A DNA stretch of 64,000 nt, taken from a virus. The notes under the pieces are model-generated. The model made no database searches and was not told the DNA's origin. It was given only the letters and a program-made list of their open reading frames with translations. This document shows, piece by piece, positions 49,980 to 58,883 of this stretch (positions are counted from its first letter, which is position 1; each line of letters opens with the position of its first letter). Location of the stretch: the IMG/VR virus record IMGVR_UViG_3300021962_000028, positions 1-64,000 of that record. One strand, 5' to 3'. The translations under genes and the position numbers were made by a program.

Positions 49980-51539
49980 ATGTCAACACATAGGTCATAT
50001 TTTAATAAAAACAATACTATCATTAGTGATTCGTACGCTAATACAGGTAGAAACCCCGTAACTGATTTATATTTTGGGTCTGCTAAGGATACATCCGCGC
50101 CTTTTGGGTATACACGATTTATCTTTAACTTAAATTTAGAACCACTTTTAAATAAAATCTTAGATGGGACAATAACGTTGGATTGTGTGGATAATATGTC
50201 ACATAATTTAACTATGACAAATACGATAAGGTTTGATGAGGATTTATTAAACACTTATAACTCTGATGAAAGAAGACGAGCAAGTTCGTTTGATTTAATT
50301 TTATTTAGAATTCCTCAAACTTGTTATAATCACACCCCTACAGGGAATAGTACGTCAACAACTACAACAACTACCACACAACAATGTACACCATATCCCC
50401 AATATTGGGATGAGGGGGTTGGGTATGACTTCAACAATTCAAAATCACCTATTAATACACCAACTGGTGTTGCAATCTATAGTCAACCATTAATCGATAA
50501 CGCCTTTTCAAAAAGACCTTCAAATTGGTTTGAAACAAGTAATTTAGATTATTGGTCAGAACCTGGTATGTATTCCAATACTAATACTTCAACGTATGTT
50601 AATTATAATGATTTAGTAATTGTAGACATACAACATTTTGAAAAAGGTAATGAAGACATTAATTTTGATATGACTAACGAGATTAACGGTATTATTAATG
50701 GTACCATTACTAACGTCACGGGATGGGGAATTGCCTACAGACCTGAATTTGAATTAATCACGGGTTTAACTTCGAATTATTCGGTGTCTTTTTTCACAAG
50801 ACATACTCAAACTTTTTATGAACCATACTTATTAACAACATATAATGATTTAATTCAGGACGATAGAAATTTGTTTGTAGAAAAAATTACAAATAAACTT
50901 TATATGTTCGCTTATGTTGATGGTGACTTAGTAACATTAGATTCAAATCCTACCGTAACAATTTTAGACCCTAATGGGGATGTAATACCTTCATTAATTA
51001 ACTTACCAACTTGTTCAAGAACTAAAGGGGTATATGAAGTAACAATACCACCAATCAGTGGTTATCCAACACCTTGTCAATTTAGTGACGTATGGGGGAA
51101 TATTATATATAATGGTGATTCATTACCTGATATTGAAAATGATTTTGTTTTACAACCTTATAAAAATAGAGTATCAATCGGTGTTCAATCTAAAGAACCT
51201 GATTTATATGGGTTTGATTTTTATGGTATAAAACAGGATGAAAAAATATTGAATACCGATATTAGAAAAGTTGGTGTTGTAATTAAAAAGGCCTACACAA
51301 CCAAACAATTATTACAAAATGTAGACGCAAGTTATCGAGTTTACGTAAGAGAAGGTATGACTGAAGTCCAAGTACAAGATTGGACAAAAATAAATAGAAC
51401 CTCAAATGAATATTATTTCATTTTTGATACAAGAGACAAAATACCTAATGAGTATTATATCGACATTAAAGTTAAAAGTAGTGGAGAGGTAGATACTTAT
51501 AAAAGAACAATAAAATTTTTAATAGTTAATAAAAAATAA
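49980..51539 (+). CDS. Hypothetical virion protein with a Thr tract
   Basis: KNNTI..NTGRNP, WDEGVGYDF, FFTRHTQTFYEPYL; STSTTTTTTT insertion. Confidence 0.75.
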   Translation: MSTHRSYFNKNNTIISDSYANTGRNPVTDLYFGSAKDTSAPFGYTRFIFNLNLEPLLNKILDGTITLDCVDNMSHNLTMTNTIRFDEDLLNTYNSDERRRASSFDLILFRIPQTCYNHTPTGNSTSTTTTTTTQQCTPYPQYWDEGVGYDFNNSKSPINTPTGVAIYSQPLIDNAFSKRPSNWFETSNLDYWSEPGMYSNTNTSTYVNYNDLVIVDIQHFEKGNEDINFDMTNEINGIINGTITNVTGWGIAYRPEFELITGLTSNYSVSFFTRHTQTFYEPYLLTTYNDLIQDDRNLFVEKITNKLYMFAYVDGDLVTLDSNPTVTILDPNGDVIPSLINLPTCSRTKGVYEVTIPPISGYPTPCQFSDVWGNIIYNGDSLPDIENDFVLQPYKNRVSIGVQSKEPDLYGFDFYGIKQDEKILNTDIRKVGVVIKKAYTTKQLLQNVDASYRVYVREGMTEVQVQDWTKINRTSNEYYFIFDTRDKIPNEYYIDIKVKSSGEVDTYKRTIKFLIVNKK

Positions 51540-51540
51540 T

Positions 51541-52041
51541 ATGAGTAAAGTAGTAAAACTAACCGAAAAAGATTTACATAGACTAATCCAAAAAGTTATT
51601 AAAGAGGATGAAGAACAACATTCTCAAAGATATATGTTTTTCAGTAATATTGAACAAATCCAAAGACAAATGGGTTTATTATTAGACCTTAATCACGACC
51701 AAGTTGAGGAAATCCTTGAAAATGGTCACGATTGGGCTCAAGACCATATAGCAACCGCCAAGGAATCAATTGACCAAGTTTTTGATTTCTTAATGAACGA
51801 AACTAAGAGTTTTCATAAGATGGGGGATGAATTAGGTACCGCACCAAAAAACGATATATTAGTTATGGGTGAAGGTAAAAAGAAATCAGGTACTAAATTA
51901 TGTGCACGTGGTAAAGCCGCCGCTAAAGCTAAGTTTGATGTTTATCCATCAGCATATGCTAACGGATATGCGGTTCAAGTTTGTAAAGGTAAACAACCTG
52001 ATGCTTCAGGGAATAAAAGATGTTCCTCACCATATTGTTAA
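51541..52041 (+). CDS. Hypothetical protein with LTE-DL leader
   Basis: MSKVVKLTEKDLHRLIQKVIKE; C-terminal Cys-containing module with FDVYPSAYANG. Confidence 0.75.
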   Translation: MSKVVKLTEKDLHRLIQKVIKEDEEQHSQRYMFFSNIEQIQRQMGLLLDLNHDQVEEILENGHDWAQDHIATAKESIDQVFDFLMNETKSFHKMGDELGTAPKNDILVMGEGKKKSGTKLCARGKAAAKAKFDVYPSAYANGYAVQVCKGKQPDASGNKRCSSPYC

Positions 52042-52045
52042 AAAT

Positions 52046-52074
52046 AAAAAAACCCTCAGTGATGAGGGTTTTTT
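52046..52074. terminator. Bidirectional terminator
   Basis: AAAAAACCCTCA-GTGA-TGAGGGTTTTTT between convergent genes. Confidence 0.85.
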
Positions 52075-52076
52075 GT

Positions 52077-52526
52077 TTAGTTAGATTCGGTTTCTGTTGA
52101 AGGTTCAATACCTACAACTTCTAAATCAAAGATTAATTTTTTTCCTGCCAATGGATGATTTCCATCAATTACAACAGTATCTTCTTTAATCTCAACGACT
52201 TTTACATTGACAGGACCCATAGGACCGCTACCTTGTAACATATGACCAACCTCAATGTTTTCAGGAACTTGGTTTTTGGCAACTTCGATAATCATTTCTT
52301 TAATAACTTCTCCGTATGCTTCAGTATGTTCAATTTCAACAGTCTTAGTTTCACCTACCGACATATCAATTAATCCTTTTTCAAAACCAGGGATTAACTG
52401 ACCTTGACCTAATTTGGCATTTAATGGTTGTCTCCCTTCAGCTAATGAAGTATCGAATACGGTACCATCTTCTAATTTCCCTGTATAGTTTACACTAACA
52501 GTGTCTCCGTTTTTAATTTTTTGCAT
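52077..52526 (-). CDS. FKBP-type peptidyl-prolyl isomerase (SlyD/FkpB-like, no His tail)
   Basis: VNYTGKLEDGTVFDTS, GQLIPGFE, EAYG, DGNHPLAGKKL.F. Confidence 0.93.
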   Translation of the reverse strand: MQKIKNGDTVSVNYTGKLEDGTVFDTSLAEGRQPLNAKLGQGQLIPGFEKGLIDMSVGETKTVEIEHTEAYGEVIKEMIIEVAKNQVPENIEVGHMLQGSGPMGPVNVKVVEIKEDTVVIDGNHPLAGKKLIFDLEVVGIEPSTETESN

Positions 52527-52663
52527 AGTATGTTTTTTATTTAGTTAAGTATACGAACATATTTTAGGTTAATCAACGTTTTCAAAATATATTTTTTAAA
52601 ATATTGTTTTATCGGAAAAAAAGTCATATACTTCAATTATCAAATACAAATACACATAATGAA

Positions 52664-53101
52664 ATGTTACTGCTGACAAAAAGAGAAAGAAGAAGATTTA
52701 GAGTATTTCTTAGAAAAATTTTTAAAAAAATTTCAGGAAATTTAGAGGACGCTAACTATAAAGGTCTTGACGAGATTCAAATACGAACAATATTTAATGT
52801 TCGTCAAATGATAACAAAAAAAGACGCGACATTATTAATTGCACCCATTTCAAGTATATGTTATATTGAATGGAGGCATTATTTTATTAGGTTTGGGGAC
52901 TCGGCGGTTACAATCACAAACGGTAAATACTCCTATTATGTATGGTTACCTAGTAGTCATATTGACAAACTTAAGGATATCTTTTACCGTAATGTTGAGG
53001 TTCGTAGAAAACAAATGGAAGAAAAATACGATAAAAGGACATTAGATAATTTAAATTTGATTAGTGAAGATTTAAAAAATGACAAAAGCGGAGATATATA
53101 A
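52664..53101 (+). CDS. Hypothetical protein
   Basis: First in-frame ATG at 52664; LLIAPIS..Y, ITNGKYSY. Confidence 0.7.
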   Translation: MLLLTKRERRRFRVFLRKIFKKISGNLEDANYKGLDEIQIRTIFNVRQMITKKDATLLIAPISSICYIEWRHYFIRFGDSAVTITNGKYSYYVWLPSSHIDKLKDIFYRNVEVRRKQMEEKYDKRTLDNLNLISEDLKNDKSGDI

Positions 53102-53528
53102 AGAAGTTTTAAATAGGTTACCAGATGATAAAGATTGGTATTCTCCATCTGAAGGTATATTATGTAATGATTTTTGGTGTTATAAATGTACTGACGAAGT
53201 CATATCAATATCAAACATAGAACCTAAGAAACGTAAATTATTTTGGACCGATAAACAAAATCGTATGAGAGAGGAAATTAAGTCCTCAGGGTATGATTAT
53301 AATAAAGGTCATATTGTATTAACCAATGACGGTGATATCGTCGATGGTTATCATAGATTCATATCATTATCTGAAAATTACCATCCAGAAAGTAAAATAA
53401 TGGTTAAAAGATTAACTAACTTATACAGTGATGAGATGTTAGTTAGTCTATATTTTTATTTACTATATATAGTACCTCTTAAATTTATAAACTTATTGTT
53501 TAAATCATTAATTAATGTCTTTAAGTAA
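53079..53528 (+). CDS. ParB/Srx-like domain protein, paralog 1
   Basis: EEIKSSGYD..IVL..IVDGYHRF; hydrophobic C-terminus. Confidence 0.65.
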   Translation: MTKAEIYKEVLNRLPDDKDWYSPSEGILCNDFWCYKCTDEVISISNIEPKKRKLFWTDKQNRMREEIKSSGYDYNKGHIVLTNDGDIVDGYHRFISLSENYHPESKIMVKRLTNLYSDEMLVSLYFYLLYIVPLKFINLLFKSLINVFK

Positions 53529-53988
53529 TATTGACATACTTAAAATTGTTTTAAAAAATAAAAGAGACTTATCAACCCCTATGGTTATTGATGAGGATTA
53601 TTATAACTATTATGAAACAATCTCTGGAATGTCTTGTTTTAATTTATGGTGTTATAAAGTTAGTGAGGAAACTATTAAATTATCCGATTTAAAACTACAA
53701 CGAAATACTACTACAATGACTAAAAGACATAAAAGAATAGAGGTGGATATTTTAGAAAATGGTTTTGATTATACTAAAGGAATGATAACAGTAACATCAG
53801 ATAACCTTATCGGTGATGGTCATCATAGATACTTAATATTAAAAAAACACTTTGGTGGTGATTATGAAATTAAAGTTAGAAAAATATTAAACGTTAAACA
53901 CCCATTCACTCATCTTTTATTTATAACGTTAATGGTAAGACCATTAAAATTAATATCTAGGTTAAATCCCTTTCAATTTTTTAGATAA
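53515..53988 (+). CDS. ParB/Srx-like domain protein, paralog 2
   Basis: DILENGFD..ITV..LIGDGHHRY; hydrophobic C-terminus. Confidence 0.65.
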   Translation: MSLSNIDILKIVLKNKRDLSTPMVIDEDYYNYYETISGMSCFNLWCYKVSEETIKLSDLKLQRNTTTMTKRHKRIEVDILENGFDYTKGMITVTSDNLIGDGHHRYLILKKHFGGDYEIKVRKILNVKHPFTHLLFITLMVRPLKLISRLNPFQFFR

Positions 53989-54681
53989 TCTAATATATAA
54001 ATCTTCATATAATTGTTGGTTCTTATTGGAATACCCTAAATCCTTCATAGTTGTCGATTCGGTAATTTCAACCCATTCATTAACAGTATGAACATCATAT
54101 CCATCCATCTCATAACCGTCCTTAGGATTTTTCTCCCAAACGCCAACAGTACGTTTAATGTTATTTTTTAAAGTTTTTTGTTTTTTCTTGTGATTAAATT
54201 CGGTGTCAACAAATTCTTCAAACGGTCCTAAGTGTTCCTTTTTCCATTTTTTTAAACCAAGTTCTATAGGTCCATTATATATACCCGCAGTAACTGAAGT
54301 ATCCCCTTCTTTAATCGGAACAGTTTTTAATTTTAGACCAGGTGTTGGATTAATGTTATTACCGTCTTCATCACTTGTAGTTAGATTGGGGTGTTTTTTC
54401 AGATAATTTGAAATTCTGTTTGAAAGAGATTCAATTTTCTTAATTTTGTTTTTTGGTTCGTCCATAGACCCATCATAACTATCGTACTCTAACATTGCAT
54501 TGTTATATTTTGAAACAGGTGTTGTAAAAGGTTCTAAGGAAGTCTTATCGAATTTTCTAACACCAGGTACTAAAGGACCAATATACGACCCTCTACTCCC
54601 ACTAGAATCACCCGTGGCTTCACTAATTGGTTTCTTATAATACCAATCTCTAACATTTTCCTCTAATCTGTCTCTATACAT
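53962..54681 (-). CDS. Hypothetical protein with an internal duplication
   Basis: PISEATG..GSYIGPL..LEPF versus PIKEGDT..GIYNGPI..LGPF. Confidence 0.7.
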   Translation of the reverse strand: MYRDRLEENVRDWYYKKPISEATGDSSGSRGSYIGPLVPGVRKFDKTSLEPFTTPVSKYNNAMLEYDSYDGSMDEPKNKIKKIESLSNRISNYLKKHPNLTTSDEDGNNINPTPGLKLKTVPIKEGDTSVTAGIYNGPIELGLKKWKKEHLGPFEEFVDTEFNHKKKQKTLKNNIKRTVGVWEKNPKDGYEMDGYDVHTVNEWVEITESTTMKDLGYSNKNQQLYEDLYIRLSKKLKGI

Positions 54682-54723
54682 TTACAATTTTTTTTATTAC
54701 TATTATCAATAAATATCAATCAA

Positions 54724-54984
54724 ATGGAAAACGTTGAGTTAAATCAAAATCAACCTATAGGTTCTTTATTCAATACTATTAATTATTACAGTATTGAGGA
54801 TTTAGAGAAGTTCATATCGGGTATTAATCACGAACAAGCTTTATATTGTATTGTTCAGGGGGTGCAAGCCGCGTACCAAAGAAACGCCTTTACAATCGCA
54901 GAAGCCGAGGTTATTTCAAGGTCTATTAGAAAAATTTCAAAATTAAATAAAACTGAAAATGCAACTACTGAAGAAAACAATTAA
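54724..54984 (+). CDS. Hypothetical protein
   Basis: 86 aa; LFNTINY..A.QRNAFTIAEAEVIS.SIR. Confidence 0.7.
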   Translation: MENVELNQNQPIGSLFNTINYYSIEDLEKFISGINHEQALYCIVQGVQAAYQRNAFTIAEAEVISRSIRKISKLNKTENATTEENN

Positions 54985-55369
54985 AATCGCGATGATTGCC
55001 CACGATGGTAAGAAGGCGGATATGGTTTCTTTTGCAATGAAACGTCTTGAGTTCTTCAAGTCAAATAATGTCGATGTCATTGCTACGGGAACTACAGGTA
55101 AACATTTAATCCACGCAGGATTAACTAATGTACATACAATGTTAAGTGGACCTATGGGTGGTGACGCTCAAATAGCCTCAATGATTACTAAAAATCAAAT
55201 AGATGCCGTCATATTCTTTATTGACCCATTAGAAGCACACCCACATCAAGTAGATGTTAATATGTTACTAAGAATCTGTAACGTTCACGACGTACCATTA
55301 GCAACAAATTACAAAACAGGTAAAATGGTTATTGACTCATTGGATAACCAAATTAAGGGACTAGTTTAA
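54959..55369 (+). CDS. mgsA: Methylglyoxal synthase
   Basis: IAHDGKK, ATGTTG, SGPMGGDAQI, FFIDPL.AHPH.VDV.MLLR, PLATN. Confidence 0.93.
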   Translation: MQLLKKTIKIAMIAHDGKKADMVSFAMKRLEFFKSNNVDVIATGTTGKHLIHAGLTNVHTMLSGPMGGDAQIASMITKNQIDAVIFFIDPLEAHPHQVDVNMLLRICNVHDVPLATNYKTGKMVIDSLDNQIKGLV

Positions 55370-56957
55370 TAAACTGACCAACATTATACGATTTAGTATT
55401 AGTAATTAACTGTTTTATTATTTTATACACGTCAGGGGTTGTAGTTAATACCGCATTTTTATTATCGACGATTCTTTTACCATACGCAGCTACAGTATCA
55501 CCTTTATCAACTTTAACTGTGATTGGTGTTGTACCTGTTGGTACCACAACTTTAGTTGTAGTAGTTGTAGATTTCGCAACTTTTTGGTTAAATGTAATGT
55601 TACTACCTTTTTTAATTTGTTGAGTACCGTCCTTACCTGATTTAAAATCTAATAATACCGCGTATGACTTTTTATCTGCGTTTAATTGTATTGTTTTACT
55701 CTTAATCAAAGCATTTGCATAATCCTGTGATGAACCTGTATATACTGTTGGTACGTCAACTGCCGTAATAGTTGTTTTATCTCCTGTTCCTGACGAGGAA
55801 CCTCCTCCACCTCTAAGTAATTTACCACACTTATCTAAAACACATATTTCACCTTCAGAAACGTTTGGGAAAAAAGGTTCTACAACCACTTGTCCATCAC
55901 TATTTAAAACACTAACGTGAGGTACTGAGGTATGACATTTACCTGGACCCCAATCTCTATCTTCACCAGGAGGTGTTAAACATCTTAACCTTATTGAAAT
56001 CTCTTTTTTTGGACTTGCGGCAATTATCTTATCGATAGTTGGTTTGTCTTTTAAAATTAATGTATTGTATCTAAAACCACCAATTTTTTTGTCATCTGCA
56101 TACCCTATAGGGTCTAACGTTTTATTTCCCCCTTTATTATTCATATTACAATCCCCACCAGCTTGTGTTGTTATTCGAGTACCATTCGCGGTAACTTCAA
56201 ATAACGCAGCATTACAAGTGTGTTTGGCATCCATATCATAATTAATTTTAATTTTTAAATTAAATAAACATTGATTTTCACCTAAATCAGGTTCAATAAT
56301 AAAACGTACCTTAGTGAATTGGTCTGCATCGTAACCCGCTTTTAGTTTCGCATATTCAGGATTTACCGCTGGGTCTGCACCCGCTTTAACCCATTTTTGA
56401 TAATCCGCCCATCCACCTGAAGGTTCTGTTTTTTGAGTTTTACCAATAATTGTTGTAACCTTAACTTCATCAGGTTTTCTTGATATAAATTTACCATCAA
56501 TTAAGTCCTGTATTTGTTTTGTGAAATAAGCTTGTATATTTTTTGCTCTTGCGTTAGATAACTCTTCCTCTTTTAATGAACTTCCTGTTAACTTACCTTC
56601 ATTATCAAAGTTAGGTATTATGGATTCACCTGCATCTATATAAATTCTAGGTATCAAACCTTTATTAGTTTTTAAATATTCTTTTGCGGCTATTATATAA
56701 GGGTCTAATTTAGGTTTATTTGAATATGTTTTACCTCTCCATTCGTGGTCATTAAGGGTATACCACCCTGGTGCATATAAGTTAGTGATAAATGGACTAA
56801 CAAATCTACCATTAGAGTCCTCAGTAAATCCTTTTGGGACTGTTACTTGTTCAAATAAATTATTTTTTTCCTGTTCCTGAATTAAACTATATTGACGTAA
56901 TATGTTTAATCTTTCTTCTTCAGTTATTATTGTATTTTTTTTACACGAGTTACACAT
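55353..56957 (-). CDS. Hypothetical protein with ITEEE leader and possible OmpA-C-like segment
   Basis: IITEEERLNILRQYSLIQEQ; AGES..N..LSNARAKNIQAYF. Confidence 0.7.
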   Translation of the reverse strand: MCNSCKKNTIITEEERLNILRQYSLIQEQEKNNLFEQVTVPKGFTEDSNGRFVSPFITNLYAPGWYTLNDHEWRGKTYSNKPKLDPYIIAAKEYLKTNKGLIPRIYIDAGESIIPNFDNEGKLTGSSLKEEELSNARAKNIQAYFTKQIQDLIDGKFISRKPDEVKVTTIIGKTQKTEPSGGWADYQKWVKAGADPAVNPEYAKLKAGYDADQFTKVRFIIEPDLGENQCLFNLKIKINYDMDAKHTCNAALFEVTANGTRITTQAGGDCNMNNKGGNKTLDPIGYADDKKIGGFRYNTLILKDKPTIDKIIAASPKKEISIRLRCLTPPGEDRDWGPGKCHTSVPHVSVLNSDGQVVVEPFFPNVSEGEICVLDKCGKLLRGGGGSSSGTGDKTTITAVDVPTVYTGSSQDYANALIKSKTIQLNADKKSYAVLLDFKSGKDGTQQIKKGSNITFNQKVAKSTTTTTKVVVPTGTTPITVKVDKGDTVAAYGKRIVDNKNAVLTTTPDVYKIIKQLITNTKSYNVGQFIKLVP

Positions 56958-56990
56958 ATGTTTTTTTTATTAATAAATAGTTTAAAAATA

Positions 56991-57019
56991 AAAAAAGGGA
57001 ACCATTATGGTTCCCTTTT
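56991..57019 (-). terminator. Terminator after the major capsid gene
   Basis: AAAAGGGAACCAT-T-ATGGTTCCCTTTT inverted repeat. Confidence 0.88.
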
Positions 57020-57040
57020 CAGTATTAATCAAGATAATGA

Positions 57041-58852
57041 TTATCTTAACTCTTGTAAGTCAAATGTTCTAACTCCATCGACAGTGATTTTACCATAGAA
57101 ACGGTTGTTAACCATTTTCTTAGCGTATCTTGTCATAATACCTTTGATAGGTGTGAAGTTAAATGGATTGTACATTGTAGGAGTTAATTGTAGAGGTACG
57201 TACGGTGCGTAGATGTAACCTGTGTCTAACAATGATGTTCCTTTGTGTCCCATTAACACTGTGTTAGCTGGGAAGTAAGGGTCACGGTAAACTTGGTAAC
57301 GACCTGCTAAAGTACCAACTCTTTCAATACCCATATTGTATTGGTCTTGGTCTGGAGCCGCGTTAGATACGTGGAAGTATTCTAAGTCGTCGAAGATAGC
57401 TGAAATCTCAGAAGAAACAACAATCCAGTTAGCCCCACCTCTTAATGTTGATTTGTGGATTTGAGCCGAAACTTGGTTGATTGCAGTAATCAAAGTTTGG
57501 TTCCAATCTTTTTGTGTGTAAGATGTAGTTTGAGATAATCTCTTCCATCCGTTGTAGTCCCAACGTAAAGACCAAGCAGCACCTTTACGTAAGTCACGTA
57601 AAATTTCACGGTCAATCTCAGCCGCAACTTGTTCAGATAATAAAGCCGTTAATTCAGCTTCAGCATCGATGTTGTGGAAAGCCGCAACGTCTTGAGCTAA
57701 CTCAGGAGACCATTGTGCTCTTAATTTTCTTTCAGTGACAGAAACTGTAACAGATTCTAAGTCGAAAGAAACCTCACCGATTTTATCTTCAAATTCTAAT
57801 TCTTCATAACGTCTGAAAACAGCGATGAATGAAGTACCAGCAACTGCTTCAGTAATTGTAGTACCTGTATAACCATCTAAAGAGTCAGCTCCACAAGTAG
57901 CACATACTGGACATTGTAAGTCAACTTCTAAATAGATACATCCGTCTTGAGAACAGATACTATCGTAAGTTCCACCGTTTCCGTTAGGGAATACTGTTGG
58001 AGTTGCAGTTGATGTTGGTGCAACGATACCTTTACCATATTGTTGAGTAACAACTCTGAAAGGTAAAGCCGATGCCGTTGTATCAGTACATCCTGATACC
58101 GCAGTTAAACCTGTACCTGCAATGATATGTAAGTCAGATAAGAAAGTTTCAGTATCAACTTCAGACCCGTCAGGACCCATTAATTTACCTACACCATTAT
58201 CGTAGAAACCACACATTTTAACAATCATTTTTCTAACGTTTTTACCGTCAAATTGAGTTGTAGCGTCAACTAATGCTCCGTCAGACCATACTTGTACAGT
58301 TGTTGTAGCAGTGATTGCTGACCATTGACCTTTTGAATAATCAAAAAGACCTGCAGGATTTAAAGTTGGTTCTGCACCTTCGTAGAATAAATCGTAAAGG
58401 TTTTTAGCATAAGCCCCTGAACCTGTGTAACCAGCGTTTTGATTACCTGGGTAGTTTCCTGGAGAACCAATTGGAGCGTAGTGCTCACCTGATTGATTCG
58501 CAGTTCCACCTGTGTAACCTTGAATTTTAGGTACGAAGTAGAATAATTTACCGATTGGTAAGTTCATCGCTTGTACAGAAACGATATCATTCGCTAATAA
58601 TTTAGAGAATACACGTCTAACGATTGGGAATACAACAGTTTCGAAAGAACCTGATGAATCCGTTGAAGACGCTTCGTTGATTAAGAAAGAAGCTTGGTTT
58701 TCATATAACTGAGCTACGTTCTCTTTTAGGTGACCTTTAAGGCCTTCTAGGAATCCTAATTTATCCCATTTGTTGATTGTATCTTCTTTGATAACTTTTA
58801 GGTGTTTTAACCCAATGTTACCAACAAGACCTGATTCTAATAATGCTCCCAT
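57041..58852 (-). CDS. Major capsid protein (T4 gp23-like)
   Basis: FPIVRRVF..ANDIVSVQAM..P.G.LF, RKLRAQWSPELAQD..AFH.IDAEAEL, YAPYVPL, GIMTRY. Confidence 0.97.
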   Translation of the reverse strand: MGALLESGLVGNIGLKHLKVIKEDTINKWDKLGFLEGLKGHLKENVAQLYENQASFLINEASSTDSSGSFETVVFPIVRRVFSKLLANDIVSVQAMNLPIGKLFYFVPKIQGYTGGTANQSGEHYAPIGSPGNYPGNQNAGYTGSGAYAKNLYDLFYEGAEPTLNPAGLFDYSKGQWSAITATTTVQVWSDGALVDATTQFDGKNVRKMIVKMCGFYDNGVGKLMGPDGSEVDTETFLSDLHIIAGTGLTAVSGCTDTTASALPFRVVTQQYGKGIVAPTSTATPTVFPNGNGGTYDSICSQDGCIYLEVDLQCPVCATCGADSLDGYTGTTITEAVAGTSFIAVFRRYEELEFEDKIGEVSFDLESVTVSVTERKLRAQWSPELAQDVAAFHNIDAEAELTALLSEQVAAEIDREILRDLRKGAAWSLRWDYNGWKRLSQTTSYTQKDWNQTLITAINQVSAQIHKSTLRGGANWIVVSSEISAIFDDLEYFHVSNAAPDQDQYNMGIERVGTLAGRYQVYRDPYFPANTVLMGHKGTSLLDTGYIYAPYVPLQLTPTMYNPFNFTPIKGIMTRYAKKMVNNRFYGKITVDGVRTFDLQELR

Positions 58853-58883
58853 TTTAGTATTTGTTTTTTAATTTTTATTTTAT

